Assembly (NCBI GenBank): GCA_034190395.1
Contig: JAXINS010000022.1
Coordinates: 42,260 to 106,259, forward strand
Reading direction: 5' to 3'
Source of the DNA: Candidatus Chewarchaeum aethiopicum
Lineage (GTDB): Archaea; Halobacteriota; Halobacteria; Halobacteriales; Hikarchaeaceae
DNA: 64,000 bases
In this document: positions 37,494 to 47,503 of the stretch, one piece after another
How positions within the stretch are numbered: the first letter of the stretch is position 1
Layout: each line of letters starts with the position of its first letter
The notes under the pieces: model-generated
The model's database searches: none
Seen by the model: only the letters and a program-made list of their open reading frames with translations
What the model was told of the DNA's origin: nothing
Position numbers and translations under genes: made by a program

Positions 37494-39209
37494 TTAGAGG
37501 ATTGTTCCGTGTTTCTTCGACGGCCGATCCTTCTCGACATCCTCATAGAACTCGAACCGCTCGATGAGTTCCCCACGAAGCGTCGATGGTGGGATGATCT
37601 CGTCGATCACGACTTCGCTTGCCATCCGGTGGACATCGATGTCCTCCCGGTACTCCTCGCGGAGTTCCGCCTCCCGTTCCTTGCGTTCGTCCTCGTCTTC
37701 GATCTCGTCGAGGCGACGTCGATACACTGCGTTGATGGCCGCCTCCGGCCCCATGATGGCGATCTCGCCGCTGGGCAGCGCGAGCGTGGCTTCCGGATCG
37801 TATGCCGGCCCGCCCATGGCGTAGATGCCCGCACCATAGGCTTTCCGGACGATGACGGAGAGTTTCGGGACGGTGGCCGCGGAGGTCGCGTAGATCATCT
37901 TCTTGCCGGCTTCGAGAATGCCTTCCTTTTCGACCTGGGACCCTGCCATGAACCCGGGCGTATCACAGAGATACAACAGCGGGATCCCGTAGGCGTCGCA
38001 TTTCCAGATGAACTCCGCGGCCTTTCGGGCCGCCGCCGGGAAGATGGCGCCCGCCCGCCGGGCCGGCTGATTTGCAATCACGCCGATCGGCCGGCCGTCG
38101 AGACGGGCGAAGGCGGTGATGATCTCGGCGCCGTAGTCGGGCTGAAGCTCGAAATACGAGCCGGCATCGGCGAGTCGATCGATCACTGCCGTGATGTCGT
38201 ATCCCTTGTTGGGCGAGTCCGGGATCACCGTATCGAGATCCGCCGTCGGCTCGGCCGGCGACGCTGGATCGGTATGGGGCGGGCGTTCGTCGGCGTTGTC
38301 CGGCAAATACGTGATGAGCTTGCCGACCAACTCGCGGGCGTGCTCCTCGTCTTCGGCCACCAGATCGGCGCTACCCGAGTGTTGAGCGTGAATGTCGGCA
38401 CCGCCGAGTTCCTGGAGGTCGATGTCCTCGCCGGTGACCATCTGGACCATCCGTGGGCTCGCGATCGCCATCGCGGACATCCCCTCGACCATCACGGTGA
38501 AATCGGCGAACACTGGGGTGTAGGCCGCCCCCGCGATACAGGGGCCGTACAGCACACAGATCTGTGGCACCCGCCCCGACAGCATCGAGTGGTTATAATA
38601 GTACTTCCCGATCCCCTCGCGGTTCGCGAAGAACCCCCGCTGTTGATCGATTCGACCGCCGGAGGAGTCCATCAGATACAACACCGGCTTGCCGCTTTTG
38701 AGCGCCCGCTGTTGCATCCGGAGGAACTTCTCGACGCCCTTTTCGGCCATGCTGCCGGCCTTGACGGTGTAGTCGTTGGCCATGACGTGGAGGTCCCGGC
38801 CGTCGAGGGTGGCGACGCCGGTCAATAGCCCATCGGCGGGCAACCGTTCCTCGGCATCGAAGTTCGCAAAACGGCCGTCCTCGAAGGTGAAGCCATCCTC
38901 GCCGAACCACAGCTGCAGCCGATCCCGGACGAACAGTTTCCCCTGTTCATCGAGGCGCTCGCGGTATTTTTCGGGCCCGCCCTGTTCGATGTCGGCGATC
39001 TCCTCGCGCAGCCGTGCTTCCCGATCGGTCGATGGTTGTGCTTGCGTCTGACGATCGCCGTGATCGGCGTCGGCCGGCGTATCGACCGCGGCCGGCTCCG
39101 CGGCGTCGCCGTGATACACCGCGACGCATTCCCCCAAATGGCGGGCCAACGCTGTCGCGATGGCCGAGGCTTCCTCATCGCTCGCCCCCGCATCGATCCG
39201 AATCTCCAT
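37494..39209 (-). CDS. Acyl-CoA carboxylase carboxyltransferase (beta) subunit with N-terminal extension
   Basis: DSSGGRI, G...AG.AY, LGGA..H, D.PGFM.G, RKAYGAG and KKHG motifs. Confidence 0.93.
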   Translation of the reverse strand: MEIRIDAGASDEEASAIATALARHLGECVAVYHGDAAEPAAVDTPADADHGDRQTQAQPSTDREARLREEIADIEQGGPEKYRERLDEQGKLFVRDRLQLWFGEDGFTFEDGRFANFDAEERLPADGLLTGVATLDGRDLHVMANDYTVKAGSMAEKGVEKFLRMQQRALKSGKPVLYLMDSSGGRIDQQRGFFANREGIGKYYYNHSMLSGRVPQICVLYGPCIAGAAYTPVFADFTVMVEGMSAMAIASPRMVQMVTGEDIDLQELGGADIHAQHSGSADLVAEDEEHARELVGKLITYLPDNADERPPHTDPASPAEPTADLDTVIPDSPNKGYDITAVIDRLADAGSYFELQPDYGAEIITAFARLDGRPIGVIANQPARRAGAIFPAAARKAAEFIWKCDAYGIPLLYLCDTPGFMAGSQVEKEGILEAGKKMIYATSAATVPKLSVIVRKAYGAGIYAMGGPAYDPEATLALPSGEIAIMGPEAAINAVYRRRLDEIEDEDERKEREAELREEYREDIDVHRMASEVVIDEIIPPSTLRGELIERFEFYEDVEKDRPSKKHGTIL

Positions 39210-39292
39210 ATCGAACGGTCGGCGAACGGCTCCAAACCGTTTTCCCCTCCTCTCCTCGGTTCCCGCGGCTCGGGTCGTCGAGCGGGAATCCG

Positions 39293-40144
39293 TCAGTCCA
39301 GTGCCGCCTCGACTCGGTCAATCAGCGCTTGGTTGCCCAGATGGACCGGCGTCCGTTCATGGAGTTCTTCGGGCGTCTTTTCGATGAGCGATCGATCGCC
39401 GTCCGTGGAAGCACCGCCGGCGGATTCGAGCACGTACGCGATCGGTGCACCCTCGAACTGTAAGCGGAGTTTGCCCTCCGGTCGATCGACCAATCCAGGG
39501 TACGAAAAGATGCCACCGTACGTAACGACCTGGTTGACATCGGCGATCATCGCGCCGCCGTATCGGAGCTTCAGCTCCTCTCTGATCTCCTCGGCGAAGG
39601 CGTGAAAGCCGTCGGTCCAGTTTTGCTGACGGCCGCCGAATCCGAAGACGACCGGATCGGAGGGAAGCGTCACGTCGGTTTCGACAGGTCGGATCGCGCC
39701 GGTGTCCTCGATGACGTATTCCGTGACCTGTCCATCGATGGCGACTGTCATCGTCGTGATCGGGCCATACAACACGTAGCCGCTGGCGATCAACTCCGTG
39801 CCGGGGGCGGGGACCGAATCCGCATAGACGCCGACGATCGTCCCCATGGCGTTGTTCGATTGAAGGTTCGATGATCCATCGAGCGGATCGACACTGACGC
39901 TGAGTCCGTCCCCCTCGTGGACCGGATCGGCGCGTTCCTCACTGGCGTAGGTACCGACACCGTCGATCGCGGTGAGTCGGTCACAGAGTAGCTCGTCGGC
40001 CCAGATGTCGGCGGCCATCTGGATCTCGTCGCTGGGATTCTCCCCGTTGACGGCGGTTCGTCGCCCCGGAAGGCCGGCGCGGATCTCCGGGGCAGCCGCG
40101 GCGACCGTCTCGATAACCGTCTCGGCGATCTCGTGGTTGCTCAT
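39293..40144 (-). CDS. fbp: Fructose-1,6-bisphosphatase class 1
   Basis: SEE, DPLDGSSN, Y.LYGP, LRY.G.M.AD and KLRL..E motifs. Confidence 0.93.
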   Translation of the reverse strand: MSNHEIAETVIETVAAAAPEIRAGLPGRRTAVNGENPSDEIQMAADIWADELLCDRLTAIDGVGTYASEERADPVHEGDGLSVSVDPLDGSSNLQSNNAMGTIVGVYADSVPAPGTELIASGYVLYGPITTMTVAIDGQVTEYVIEDTGAIRPVETDVTLPSDPVVFGFGGRQQNWTDGFHAFAEEIREELKLRYGGAMIADVNQVVTYGGIFSYPGLVDRPEGKLRLQFEGAPIAYVLESAGGASTDGDRSLIEKTPEELHERTPVHLGNQALIDRVEAALD

Positions 40145-40172
40145 AGTGGTGGTGACGTTCTACCCATTCGGA

Positions 40173-40964
40173 TTACATCCGGCTGAGGGCCTCCTCAACG
40201 TCTGTTTCCTCGAAAATAACGGCCTCGAGAGCATCCAGCATCGCCGTGGGATTGTCTCGTTGCCAGACGTTCCGGCCGACGGCCAATCCGGCCCCGCCGG
40301 CGTCGATGACAGTCTTGACCGACTCGAGGAACGCCCGGTCGGAGACCTTCGAGCCACCGGACATGATCACCTTCACCGGACCGGCGGCGTCGACGGCCCA
40401 CTCCATGGCGTCTTTGCTGCCCGGATATTTGACCTTCGCCACATCGGCACCGAGTTCAAGCGCCAGCCGAGTTGCGTAGGCGATCACGCCGTCTTTGGTA
40501 TCGTTTTTGACGCCCTGGCCGCGCGGATACGACCACATCACGACCGGCAGATCGTGCTCCCGAGCGGCCTCCTGGACATCGCGGAACTCCTCGGCCATCT
40601 CGACTTCGTGGTTCGAGCCGCCATAGAGGGTGTAGCCGATTGCTTCGGCCCCAAGCTCGACTGCGTAATCGACCGACCAATTAACGGCCGAATCGTATTC
40701 GCCCATCCAGAGGTTCGACGTGCCGTTCACCTTGGCCAACAGTGTGACCTCGTCCTCATAGGAAGGATAGAACGCCTCGGCGACGCCCTTCTGGACGGCC
40801 ATTCCGGTAACTGCGTCGTGGGTGGCAACGTCGAACACCGTCTCGGGGTTCATCGTCTCGGGGACGGGATCGAAATCCGTCGGCCCGTGTTCGAGCCCGT
40901 GGTCGTAGGCTAAGATGAGTACTTTGCCGTCGCGAGCGATCGGGGTGTGATCGACGGGGCGCAT
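40173..40964 (-). CDS. fba: Class I fructose-bisphosphate aldolase (DhnA type)
   Basis: AYDHGLEHGP, WSYPRG, ELGAD..K.KY and GRN.WQ motifs; adjacent to fbp. Confidence 0.9.
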   Translation of the reverse strand: MRPVDHTPIARDGKVLILAYDHGLEHGPTDFDPVPETMNPETVFDVATHDAVTGMAVQKGVAEAFYPSYEDEVTLLAKVNGTSNLWMGEYDSAVNWSVDYAVELGAEAIGYTLYGGSNHEVEMAEEFRDVQEAAREHDLPVVMWSYPRGQGVKNDTKDGVIAYATRLALELGADVAKVKYPGSKDAMEWAVDAAGPVKVIMSGGSKVSDRAFLESVKTVIDAGGAGLAVGRNVWQRDNPTAMLDALEAVIFEETDVEEALSRM

Positions 40965-41089
40965 ATATGTGTGATCCCGGCGCGAAACTCTTAGTTCATT
41001 CTTTGTTCGATCGTTTCTTGGCGGGCAGCGATAGTGTGGAGCCAACCACCAACCACCTTAACCCCCGGCCTGCTATCGGGGCTCGAACC

Positions 41090-42064
41090 ATGACAACTTA
41101 CCGAGTCATCGTCTCCGATACGAAGGTCCTCGATCTTGAGGCCGAGGCGGACGTCCTCGCCGAAGTCGACGCCGAACTCGTCTCGACCGATGCCCGAACG
41201 CCCGCGGAACTCATCGAGGTGGGCGAGGGTGCCGATGCGATGATCGTCGCGGCCGATGTCACCGTCTCGGCTGAAGTCTTCGAGGCGCTCGACTCGTTGG
41301 TCGCGGTCGGCCGGGCCGGTATCGGCATCGACAACATCGATGTCGGGGCGGCTGACGAACACGGCGTGACGGTCATCAACGTCCCCGATTACTGCGTTGA
41401 CGAAGTTTCGGCCCACGCACTCAGCCTGATGCTTGGCGGCCTCCGCCGGCTGACGGCCTACGACCGTCACATTCGGGATGGTTCATGGACCTGGTCGGAC
41501 GGCGCCCCGATCCCCCGGTTGGCCGGCCAAACCGTCGGCTTGGTCGCCTTCGGGAAGATCGCCCGTCGTGTTGCCAAGAAATTGACCGGTTTCGACGTCG
41601 ATGTCGTGGCCTATGATCCGTACGTCCCGGCCTACGAGATGGCTCACTACGACGTCGAGCCAGTCGACTTCGAGACATTACTCTCGACGGCCGATATCGT
41701 CTCGGTCCATGCGCCGTTGACCGAGGAGACCCGGGGCCTGTTCGACGCCGAGGCCTTCGCGACGATGCAGGACGACGCCGTGTTCGTGAATACCGCCCGC
41801 GGTCCGATCGTCGAGGAAGCCGCCCTGGCCGAGGCACTCGAAGCCGATTCGCTGGCTTTCGCCGGCATCGACGTGATGGAGGTCGAACCGCCCGAGGATT
41901 CCCCACTACTGGAGTGTGAGAACGCCATCCTGACGCCACACGCTGCCTGGTACTCCGAACACTCCCGGGTGGATCTCAGCGAACAGGTCGCCGCCGATGT
42001 CGCGACGGCCCTCGAGGGCGGCGAGCCCCACGGGCGTGTCGAGCCCGATACGGCCTGGCTGTAG
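41090..42064 (+). CDS. D-isomer-specific 2-hydroxyacid dehydrogenase (CtBP-like)
   Basis: G.DNID, NVPDYC..EV, NTARG, DV...EP and TPH.AWYS motifs. Confidence 0.9.
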   Translation: MTTYRVIVSDTKVLDLEAEADVLAEVDAELVSTDARTPAELIEVGEGADAMIVAADVTVSAEVFEALDSLVAVGRAGIGIDNIDVGAADEHGVTVINVPDYCVDEVSAHALSLMLGGLRRLTAYDRHIRDGSWTWSDGAPIPRLAGQTVGLVAFGKIARRVAKKLTGFDVDVVAYDPYVPAYEMAHYDVEPVDFETLLSTADIVSVHAPLTEETRGLFDAEAFATMQDDAVFVNTARGPIVEEAALAEALEADSLAFAGIDVMEVEPPEDSPLLECENAILTPHAAWYSEHSRVDLSEQVAADVATALEGGEPHGRVEPDTAWL

Positions 42065-42130
42065 CCCCGATCGAACCGGTCACGATCGAAGTGCGGCAGG
42101 CTTACGACCGACGACCGCCACCCTCCGCAT

Positions 42131-42991
42131 ATGCGCGAACTTGAAGCGATCGAGACGGTTGGTGTCGTCGGTGCGGGCACGATGGGCAGCGGCATTGCCC
42201 AGGTCGCCGCGACCGCTGGTTACGATGTGGTTCTCCGGGATGTCGAACCCGAATTCGTCGAACAGGGCTTCGAATCGATCGAGGAGAGCCTCGGTCGGCT
42301 GGTCGATCGCGACGCCCTCTCCCAGGCGGCGGCCGACGACGCCCGCGATCGGATCGAGGGGACGACCGAGATGGCCGCCCTCGCTGACGCCGATTTCGTC
42401 GTCGAGGCCGTCGTCGAGAACATGGACGTCAAACAGGACGTCTTCGCCGAGCTCGATTCGATCGTCCCGGACGACGTCGTCCTGGCGACCAACACCAGCA
42501 CGCTCTCGATTACGACCATCGCCAGCGCGACCGACCGGGCCGATCTGGTCGTCGGCCTACATTTCATGAACCCGGTACCGATCATGGAGGGTGTCGAAGT
42601 CGTGGTCGGTGAACGAACGGCGCAAGCGGCCGTCGACCTCGCTCATGCCTTCGCCGAGGATCTGGAAAAGACGACCTGGGAGTCCGACGACAAACCCGGG
42701 TTCGTCGTCAACCGAATCCTGATGCCGTGGATCAACGAGGGCATCCGGGCCTTCGACGAGGGTGTCGCCTCGAAGGACGATATCGACTCGGGGATGAAAC
42801 TCGGGACCAACGTCCCGATGGGGCCGCTCGAACTCGCCGATCACATCGGGTTGGACGTCTGTCTGGAGGCCAGCGCCACGCTCCACGAGGAACTCGGCGA
42901 CCGATACAAACCCGCTTACTTGCTCAAACGGAAGGTCGCGGCCGGGGACCTCGGCAAGAAGACCGGCAAGGGATTCTACGAGTACGAGTAA
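42131..42991 (+). CDS. 3-hydroxyacyl-CoA (3-hydroxybutyryl-CoA) dehydrogenase
   Basis: GAGTMG.GIAQ, EAV.E, TNTS, HF.NP, PGF.VNR and PMGP..L.D.IGLD motifs. Confidence 0.93.
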   Translation: MRELEAIETVGVVGAGTMGSGIAQVAATAGYDVVLRDVEPEFVEQGFESIEESLGRLVDRDALSQAAADDARDRIEGTTEMAALADADFVVEAVVENMDVKQDVFAELDSIVPDDVVLATNTSTLSITTIASATDRADLVVGLHFMNPVPIMEGVEVVVGERTAQAAVDLAHAFAEDLEKTTWESDDKPGFVVNRILMPWINEGIRAFDEGVASKDDIDSGMKLGTNVPMGPLELADHIGLDVCLEASATLHEELGDRYKPAYLLKRKVAAGDLGKKTGKGFYEYE

Positions 42992-43079
42992 CTGCACTGT
43001 CCGGTCGACTCTTTATTTAGTGTCAGCTGTGTGTGGCCGGATACCAACAGTCAAGGCCGCCGCTGGCTGATATTGTGAC

Positions 43080-44222
43080 ATGGATTTCAGCCTCTCGGCC
43101 GAGCAACGACAGATCCGGGATCTCGTTGCGGAATTCGTCGACGAGGAGGTGGTACCACGCGCCGGGGAGATCGACGAGACCGATACCTTTCCCGCGGACC
43201 TGATCGCGGAGATGGCCGAGCTCGGGCTCATGGGTATGCCCTTCCCCGAGGAGTACGGCGGGGCGGGTCTCGATTATCACGCCTATGCGATCGGCCTCGA
43301 GGAGATCAGCCGCGGTAGCGGCGGGCTCGGGACAGTCGTCGCGGCCCACACGAGCCTGGCCGGCCAAATGCTCTATTCGTATGGGACTGACACCCAAAAG
43401 GCGACGTATCTCACGCCGCTGAACACCGGCGATGACATCGGCGCTTTCGCGCTTTCGGAGGCTGGGGCCGGCAGCGACGTGCCCGCAATGGGGACCCGGG
43501 CGGTCCGTGATGGCGATCGATACCGCATCAACGGCGAGAAACTGTGGATCTCGAACGGATCGGTCGCTGACACCGTCGTCCTGTTTGCCAAAACCGATCC
43601 CGATGCCGGCGCACGGGGCATCTCCTCGTTTGTCGTTCGGCCGGACGAGGACGACGGCTTCCACGTCGAGGGGACTGAGGACAAACTCGGGGACAAGGGG
43701 TGTCCGACCGCCGAACTTCGCTTCGATGATATGGTGATCCCCGCCGATCGCCGGCTCGGCGAGGCGGGCGCGGGCTTTAGACACGCCTTGGAAACCCTCA
43801 ACGGCGGCCGGATCACGATCGCCGCCCGTGGCGTCGGGATCGCCCGGGCCGCCTTCGAGGCCGCCCGCGAATACGCCCAGGACCGCGAGCAGTTCGATCG
43901 GCCGATCAGCGAGTTTCAGACCATCCAACACAAACTCGCCGACATGGACACCAAGATCCAGGCCGCCAAGCTATTGATGCACAAGGCCGCGGATCTGAAG
44001 ATGCGCGATGAACCGTTTATCAAGGCCGCCGCCCAGGCCAAACTCTATGCAAGTGAAGTCTCCCGTGAGGTCGCTAATGAGGGTATCCAGATCCACGGCG
44101 GCTACGGGTACGTGAAGGATTTCCCCGCCGAGCGGTACTACCGCGACGCCAAGCTCAACGAGATCTACGAGGGGACGTCGGAGATCCTCCGCAATACGAT
44201 CGCCGACCGACTGCTCGATTGA
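43080..44222 (+). CDS. Acyl-CoA dehydrogenase
   Basis: FALSE..AGSD, NG.K.WI.N, R.QF, QIHGGYGY and YRDAK..EIYEGT motifs. Confidence 0.95.
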   Translation: MDFSLSAEQRQIRDLVAEFVDEEVVPRAGEIDETDTFPADLIAEMAELGLMGMPFPEEYGGAGLDYHAYAIGLEEISRGSGGLGTVVAAHTSLAGQMLYSYGTDTQKATYLTPLNTGDDIGAFALSEAGAGSDVPAMGTRAVRDGDRYRINGEKLWISNGSVADTVVLFAKTDPDAGARGISSFVVRPDEDDGFHVEGTEDKLGDKGCPTAELRFDDMVIPADRRLGEAGAGFRHALETLNGGRITIAARGVGIARAAFEAAREYAQDREQFDRPISEFQTIQHKLADMDTKIQAAKLLMHKAADLKMRDEPFIKAAAQAKLYASEVSREVANEGIQIHGGYGYVKDFPAERYYRDAKLNEIYEGTSEILRNTIADRLLD

Positions 44223-44253
44223 TTCAGCTCCACGACTGCGGTCGTATCCCGCC

Positions 44254-45804
44254 TCACTCGTCGAGCACGGCCGGGTTTTCCCGCTCTTGGGGGGGCTCTT
44301 GGACTTTGATGTATGGTGGTTCGTAGATGTACTCCACCAGCGACGTGCTTCCAACGAACCCACAGGGCGATTTCTCCAGCGTGATGTATTGAAGCCCGTC
44401 TTCGGTCAGCTGGGTATCGAGCACCTGGACGGCCGTGTCGACGAAGAACTCGCCGATCTCATCGCTGGTTACCGATGGGTTGTGGACGTACAACAGCATG
44501 TCCGCCTCGCCGAGCATCGAGGCTTCCTGGCGGTAGCGAATCTCGCGGGCCGCTTTCTCGCCGAGTGCGTGTACGATCGATTCGGCGTTGACGATCGTGA
44601 CGTGTCGATCGCTGTCGTCCCCGGCGGTGGTCCGGATCTCGTCGAGACGGCTGAGCATCGTCTCGGCGTCCGACGGGGCTCCATAGACGTGTTCATCATC
44701 GTGGTCCCACGCGCCGGTCATATCGATGACGTAGAGTTGATCGTCGTCGAAGGCCGCCTCAAGCGAGAGATCATGGCCCTCCAATAGCTGATTGAGCCGA
44801 TCCGATCGGAGGTGGATCGTGGGCACGAGCGTGATGGTGTAGTCCCGTTCGATCATCCGGGCGAGCAACACGCTAAACAGGGCCGTCAGGTTCGCCTTAC
44901 CGTCGTGCTGTAAGACGACGCCGGCCCCGCGGAGCAGCCCGCCACCGGTCAGTTTATCGAGCCCATCGATGCCGATCGGCGCGTGGACGTGCTGTTTGAG
45001 TGCCGGCGGCTGGGAACGGCGGATCGGCCCCAGGCTCAGCCCCTCGGATGCGAAGTCGACCTCCGCCCGGCGACGGTCGTGGTTAACGCCCCGCATTTTG
45101 AGGATCTGGAGGTAGCGATGGACGTCGTTGTTGACCAGTTCGCGCCAAAGCCGGATCACCCCGTGGGTCGAAAACTGGATCCCACCTTGGTTCAATAGGT
45201 TGGCATCCGCGTCGCCGACGGCTTGATCGACGTACTCAGCAGTGAAAATGCTGGTTGCCTCGAATTCATCGGTGAACAGCCGGATGAGATCAAGCACCGT
45301 CCGCCGGTAGATGTTCGGATCGTCGCTGATCGCCTCTAACCCGGAGGCGCTGTCGAAGACGATCCGGTCCCGTGGGGCGAATCCCGAGAGGTGTTGCTCG
45401 ACGTACTCCCCGGTGAAGGGCGCGCTGAACCCCTCGCCGAGTAATTCGCCGTCCTCGAAGGTCTCAAGGGTGACTTCCTCCTGATCGACGCTTTCGAAGG
45501 TGCGGCCGACGGTCGCATGGATCGTCGTAAACGCCAGGTTTTCGTGTTCGAGGTCGAACTCGAAGCTCCGAAACGAATCTCGGAGTTCATCGATCGTCTG
45601 CTCGGTGCTGACGAACAGACATCGCTCACCCTGTTGTAGGCCCTCTTGGAGGAACTGCATCCCGAGCGTACTCTTACCGGTTCCCGGGCCGCCTGTCACA
45701 AGCGTCGCTCGGTTCGTCGGCAAGCCGCCGTTTAGCATCTGGTCCAACACCGGACTCCCGGTCGAAACGACGTCGTCCTGCGTGGTACCACCATCCGAGG
45801 GCAT
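44254..45804 (-). CDS. KaiC/RAD55-like double-domain ATPase
   Basis: STG...LD.ML.GG, Walker A GGPGTGKS and R.L.I.KMRG; second domain GI.GLD...GGG with a degenerate P-loop. Confidence 0.85.
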   Translation of the reverse strand: MPSDGGTTQDDVVSTGSPVLDQMLNGGLPTNRATLVTGGPGTGKSTLGMQFLQEGLQQGERCLFVSTEQTIDELRDSFRSFEFDLEHENLAFTTIHATVGRTFESVDQEEVTLETFEDGELLGEGFSAPFTGEYVEQHLSGFAPRDRIVFDSASGLEAISDDPNIYRRTVLDLIRLFTDEFEATSIFTAEYVDQAVGDADANLLNQGGIQFSTHGVIRLWRELVNNDVHRYLQILKMRGVNHDRRRAEVDFASEGLSLGPIRRSQPPALKQHVHAPIGIDGLDKLTGGGLLRGAGVVLQHDGKANLTALFSVLLARMIERDYTITLVPTIHLRSDRLNQLLEGHDLSLEAAFDDDQLYVIDMTGAWDHDDEHVYGAPSDAETMLSRLDEIRTTAGDDSDRHVTIVNAESIVHALGEKAAREIRYRQEASMLGEADMLLYVHNPSVTSDEIGEFFVDTAVQVLDTQLTEDGLQYITLEKSPCGFVGSTSLVEYIYEPPYIKVQEPPQERENPAVLDE

Positions 45805-45950
45805 ATACTGGGATGTCACTACTGAGGCGTCGAATATGACTGCTTTGGTCTTCACAATACGCGGTAATGCCCGATTATTCCGGGGTCAGACGGTGGATTT
45901 CTGAACGTTCCATGTTGCTTTTACTTGTTGGTGTGTTAGCCCTCCGTACA

Positions 45951-47117
45951 ATGGCAGATGTACGAGTAGCCGGTGTCGGGTTGACCCACTTCGGGCAACA
46001 CCCCGAACGCACCGGCCGGGATATGTTCGCGGAGGCGGGCATCAACGCGATCGAGGACGCCGGCGTCGACCGCGACGACATCGAGGAGCTCTATTATGGC
46101 AATTTCATGGCCGAGCTCGCCGAACACCAGGGCCACCAGGGGCCGTTGATGGCCGAGGCCGTCGGGCTCGATATTCCGACGGCTCGGTACGAAAGCGCCT
46201 GTGCTTCAAGCGGTGCAGCCGTCCGGGAGGCGGTCAAGAACATCCGCAACGGCGAATCGGACGTGCTGTTGGTGGGTGGCTGTGAGCGGATGAACAACCT
46301 CGGGACCGCCGGTGCGACCGAGGCGCTCGCCATCGCGGCCGACGATCTCTATGAGGTCAAGGCCGGCATCACCTTCCCCGGTGCCTATGCCCTGATGGCA
46401 CGGGCGTACTTCGAGGAGTTCGGTGGCTCCCGGGAGGACCTCGCCAACATTGCGGTCAAAAACCACGAGAACGCCCTCAACAACGAATACGCCCAGTTCC
46501 AGCGGGAGATCGACGTTGAGACGGCCCTCGATGCCCCGATGGTCGCCGAGCCACTGGGACTCTATGATGCCTGTCCGATCACCGACGGTGCCTCCGCACT
46601 GGTCATGGTCTCCGAGGAATACGCCGAGGCCAACGATCTCAACGCCGGCGTCGCGATCACCGGTACCGGTGCCGGCGGGGACAAGCTCGCGCTGGCCGAA
46701 CGACAGTATCTCGCCCGGACGCCGGCCGCCGAGGACGCCGCCGAGGAGGCCTACGCCGACGCCGGCATTACCACCGAGGACGTCGACTTCGCGGAAGTAC
46801 ACGACTGCTTTACGATCGCCGAGGTACTGGCGATCGAATCGCTCGGCTTTTACGGTGCCGGCGAGGGCATCACTGCTGCCACGAACGGGGAAACAACCCA
46901 GGACGGCGATCGGCCGATCAACCTCTCGGGCGGGCTCAAGGCCAAGGGCCATCCGGTCGGGGCGACCGGTGGGAGCCAGATCGTCGAGGCGACCCGCCTG
47001 CTACGCGGGGAACACCCCAACAGTGAGGTGGTCAGCGACGCGACGACCGCGCTGACCCACAACGCTGGCGGCACGGTCGCCAGTGCCTTCGTTCACGTCC
47101 TGGAGGTGGTAGCATGA
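45951..47117 (+). CDS. Thiolase (acetyl-CoA acyltransferase, SCP2 type)
   Basis: ESACASS, CPITDGA, EVHDCF, N.SGGL..KGHPVGATG and HN.GG motifs. Confidence 0.93.
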   Translation: MADVRVAGVGLTHFGQHPERTGRDMFAEAGINAIEDAGVDRDDIEELYYGNFMAELAEHQGHQGPLMAEAVGLDIPTARYESACASSGAAVREAVKNIRNGESDVLLVGGCERMNNLGTAGATEALAIAADDLYEVKAGITFPGAYALMARAYFEEFGGSREDLANIAVKNHENALNNEYAQFQREIDVETALDAPMVAEPLGLYDACPITDGASALVMVSEEYAEANDLNAGVAITGTGAGGDKLALAERQYLARTPAAEDAAEEAYADAGITTEDVDFAEVHDCFTIAEVLAIESLGFYGAGEGITAATNGETTQDGDRPINLSGGLKAKGHPVGATGGSQIVEATRLLRGEHPNSEVVSDATTALTHNAGGTVASAFVHVLEVVA

Positions 47118-47503
47118 GCGACGCCACCGAGCGACACGCGGGCTTCGATGAGTTCCTCGACGCGATCGAGGACGGCGAGGGTTACTACATGCGCTGTCCG
47201 AACGGGCACGGTTCCTTGCCGCCACGCCGGGCCTGTCCGGAGTGTGGCTCCCCCGAGATCGCCGAGGAGCCCCTGCCCGACAGCGGTACCGTCGAGACCT
47301 TCACCGTCGTTCACGTCGGGACGCCCCACTTCGCCGATGACGCACCGTACGTCACGGCGATCGCGGCCTTCGATTCGGTGCGGATCACCGGCGTGCTTCG
47401 CGGCGTCGATCCCGACGACGTCGAGACCGGAATTGACGTCGAACCGACCGTCGAGCAACGCGAGACCAACGACGAGCGATTGTTAGTGTTCCGGCCGCAC
47501 TAG
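47114..47503 (+). CDS. DUF35 zinc-ribbon/OB-fold thiolase partner
   Basis: C..GH...PPR..CP.CG motif; ATGA overlap with the thiolase stop. Confidence 0.9.
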   Translation: MSDATERHAGFDEFLDAIEDGEGYYMRCPNGHGSLPPRRACPECGSPEIAEEPLPDSGTVETFTVVHVGTPHFADDAPYVTAIAAFDSVRITGVLRGVDPDDVETGIDVEPTVEQRETNDERLLVFRPH

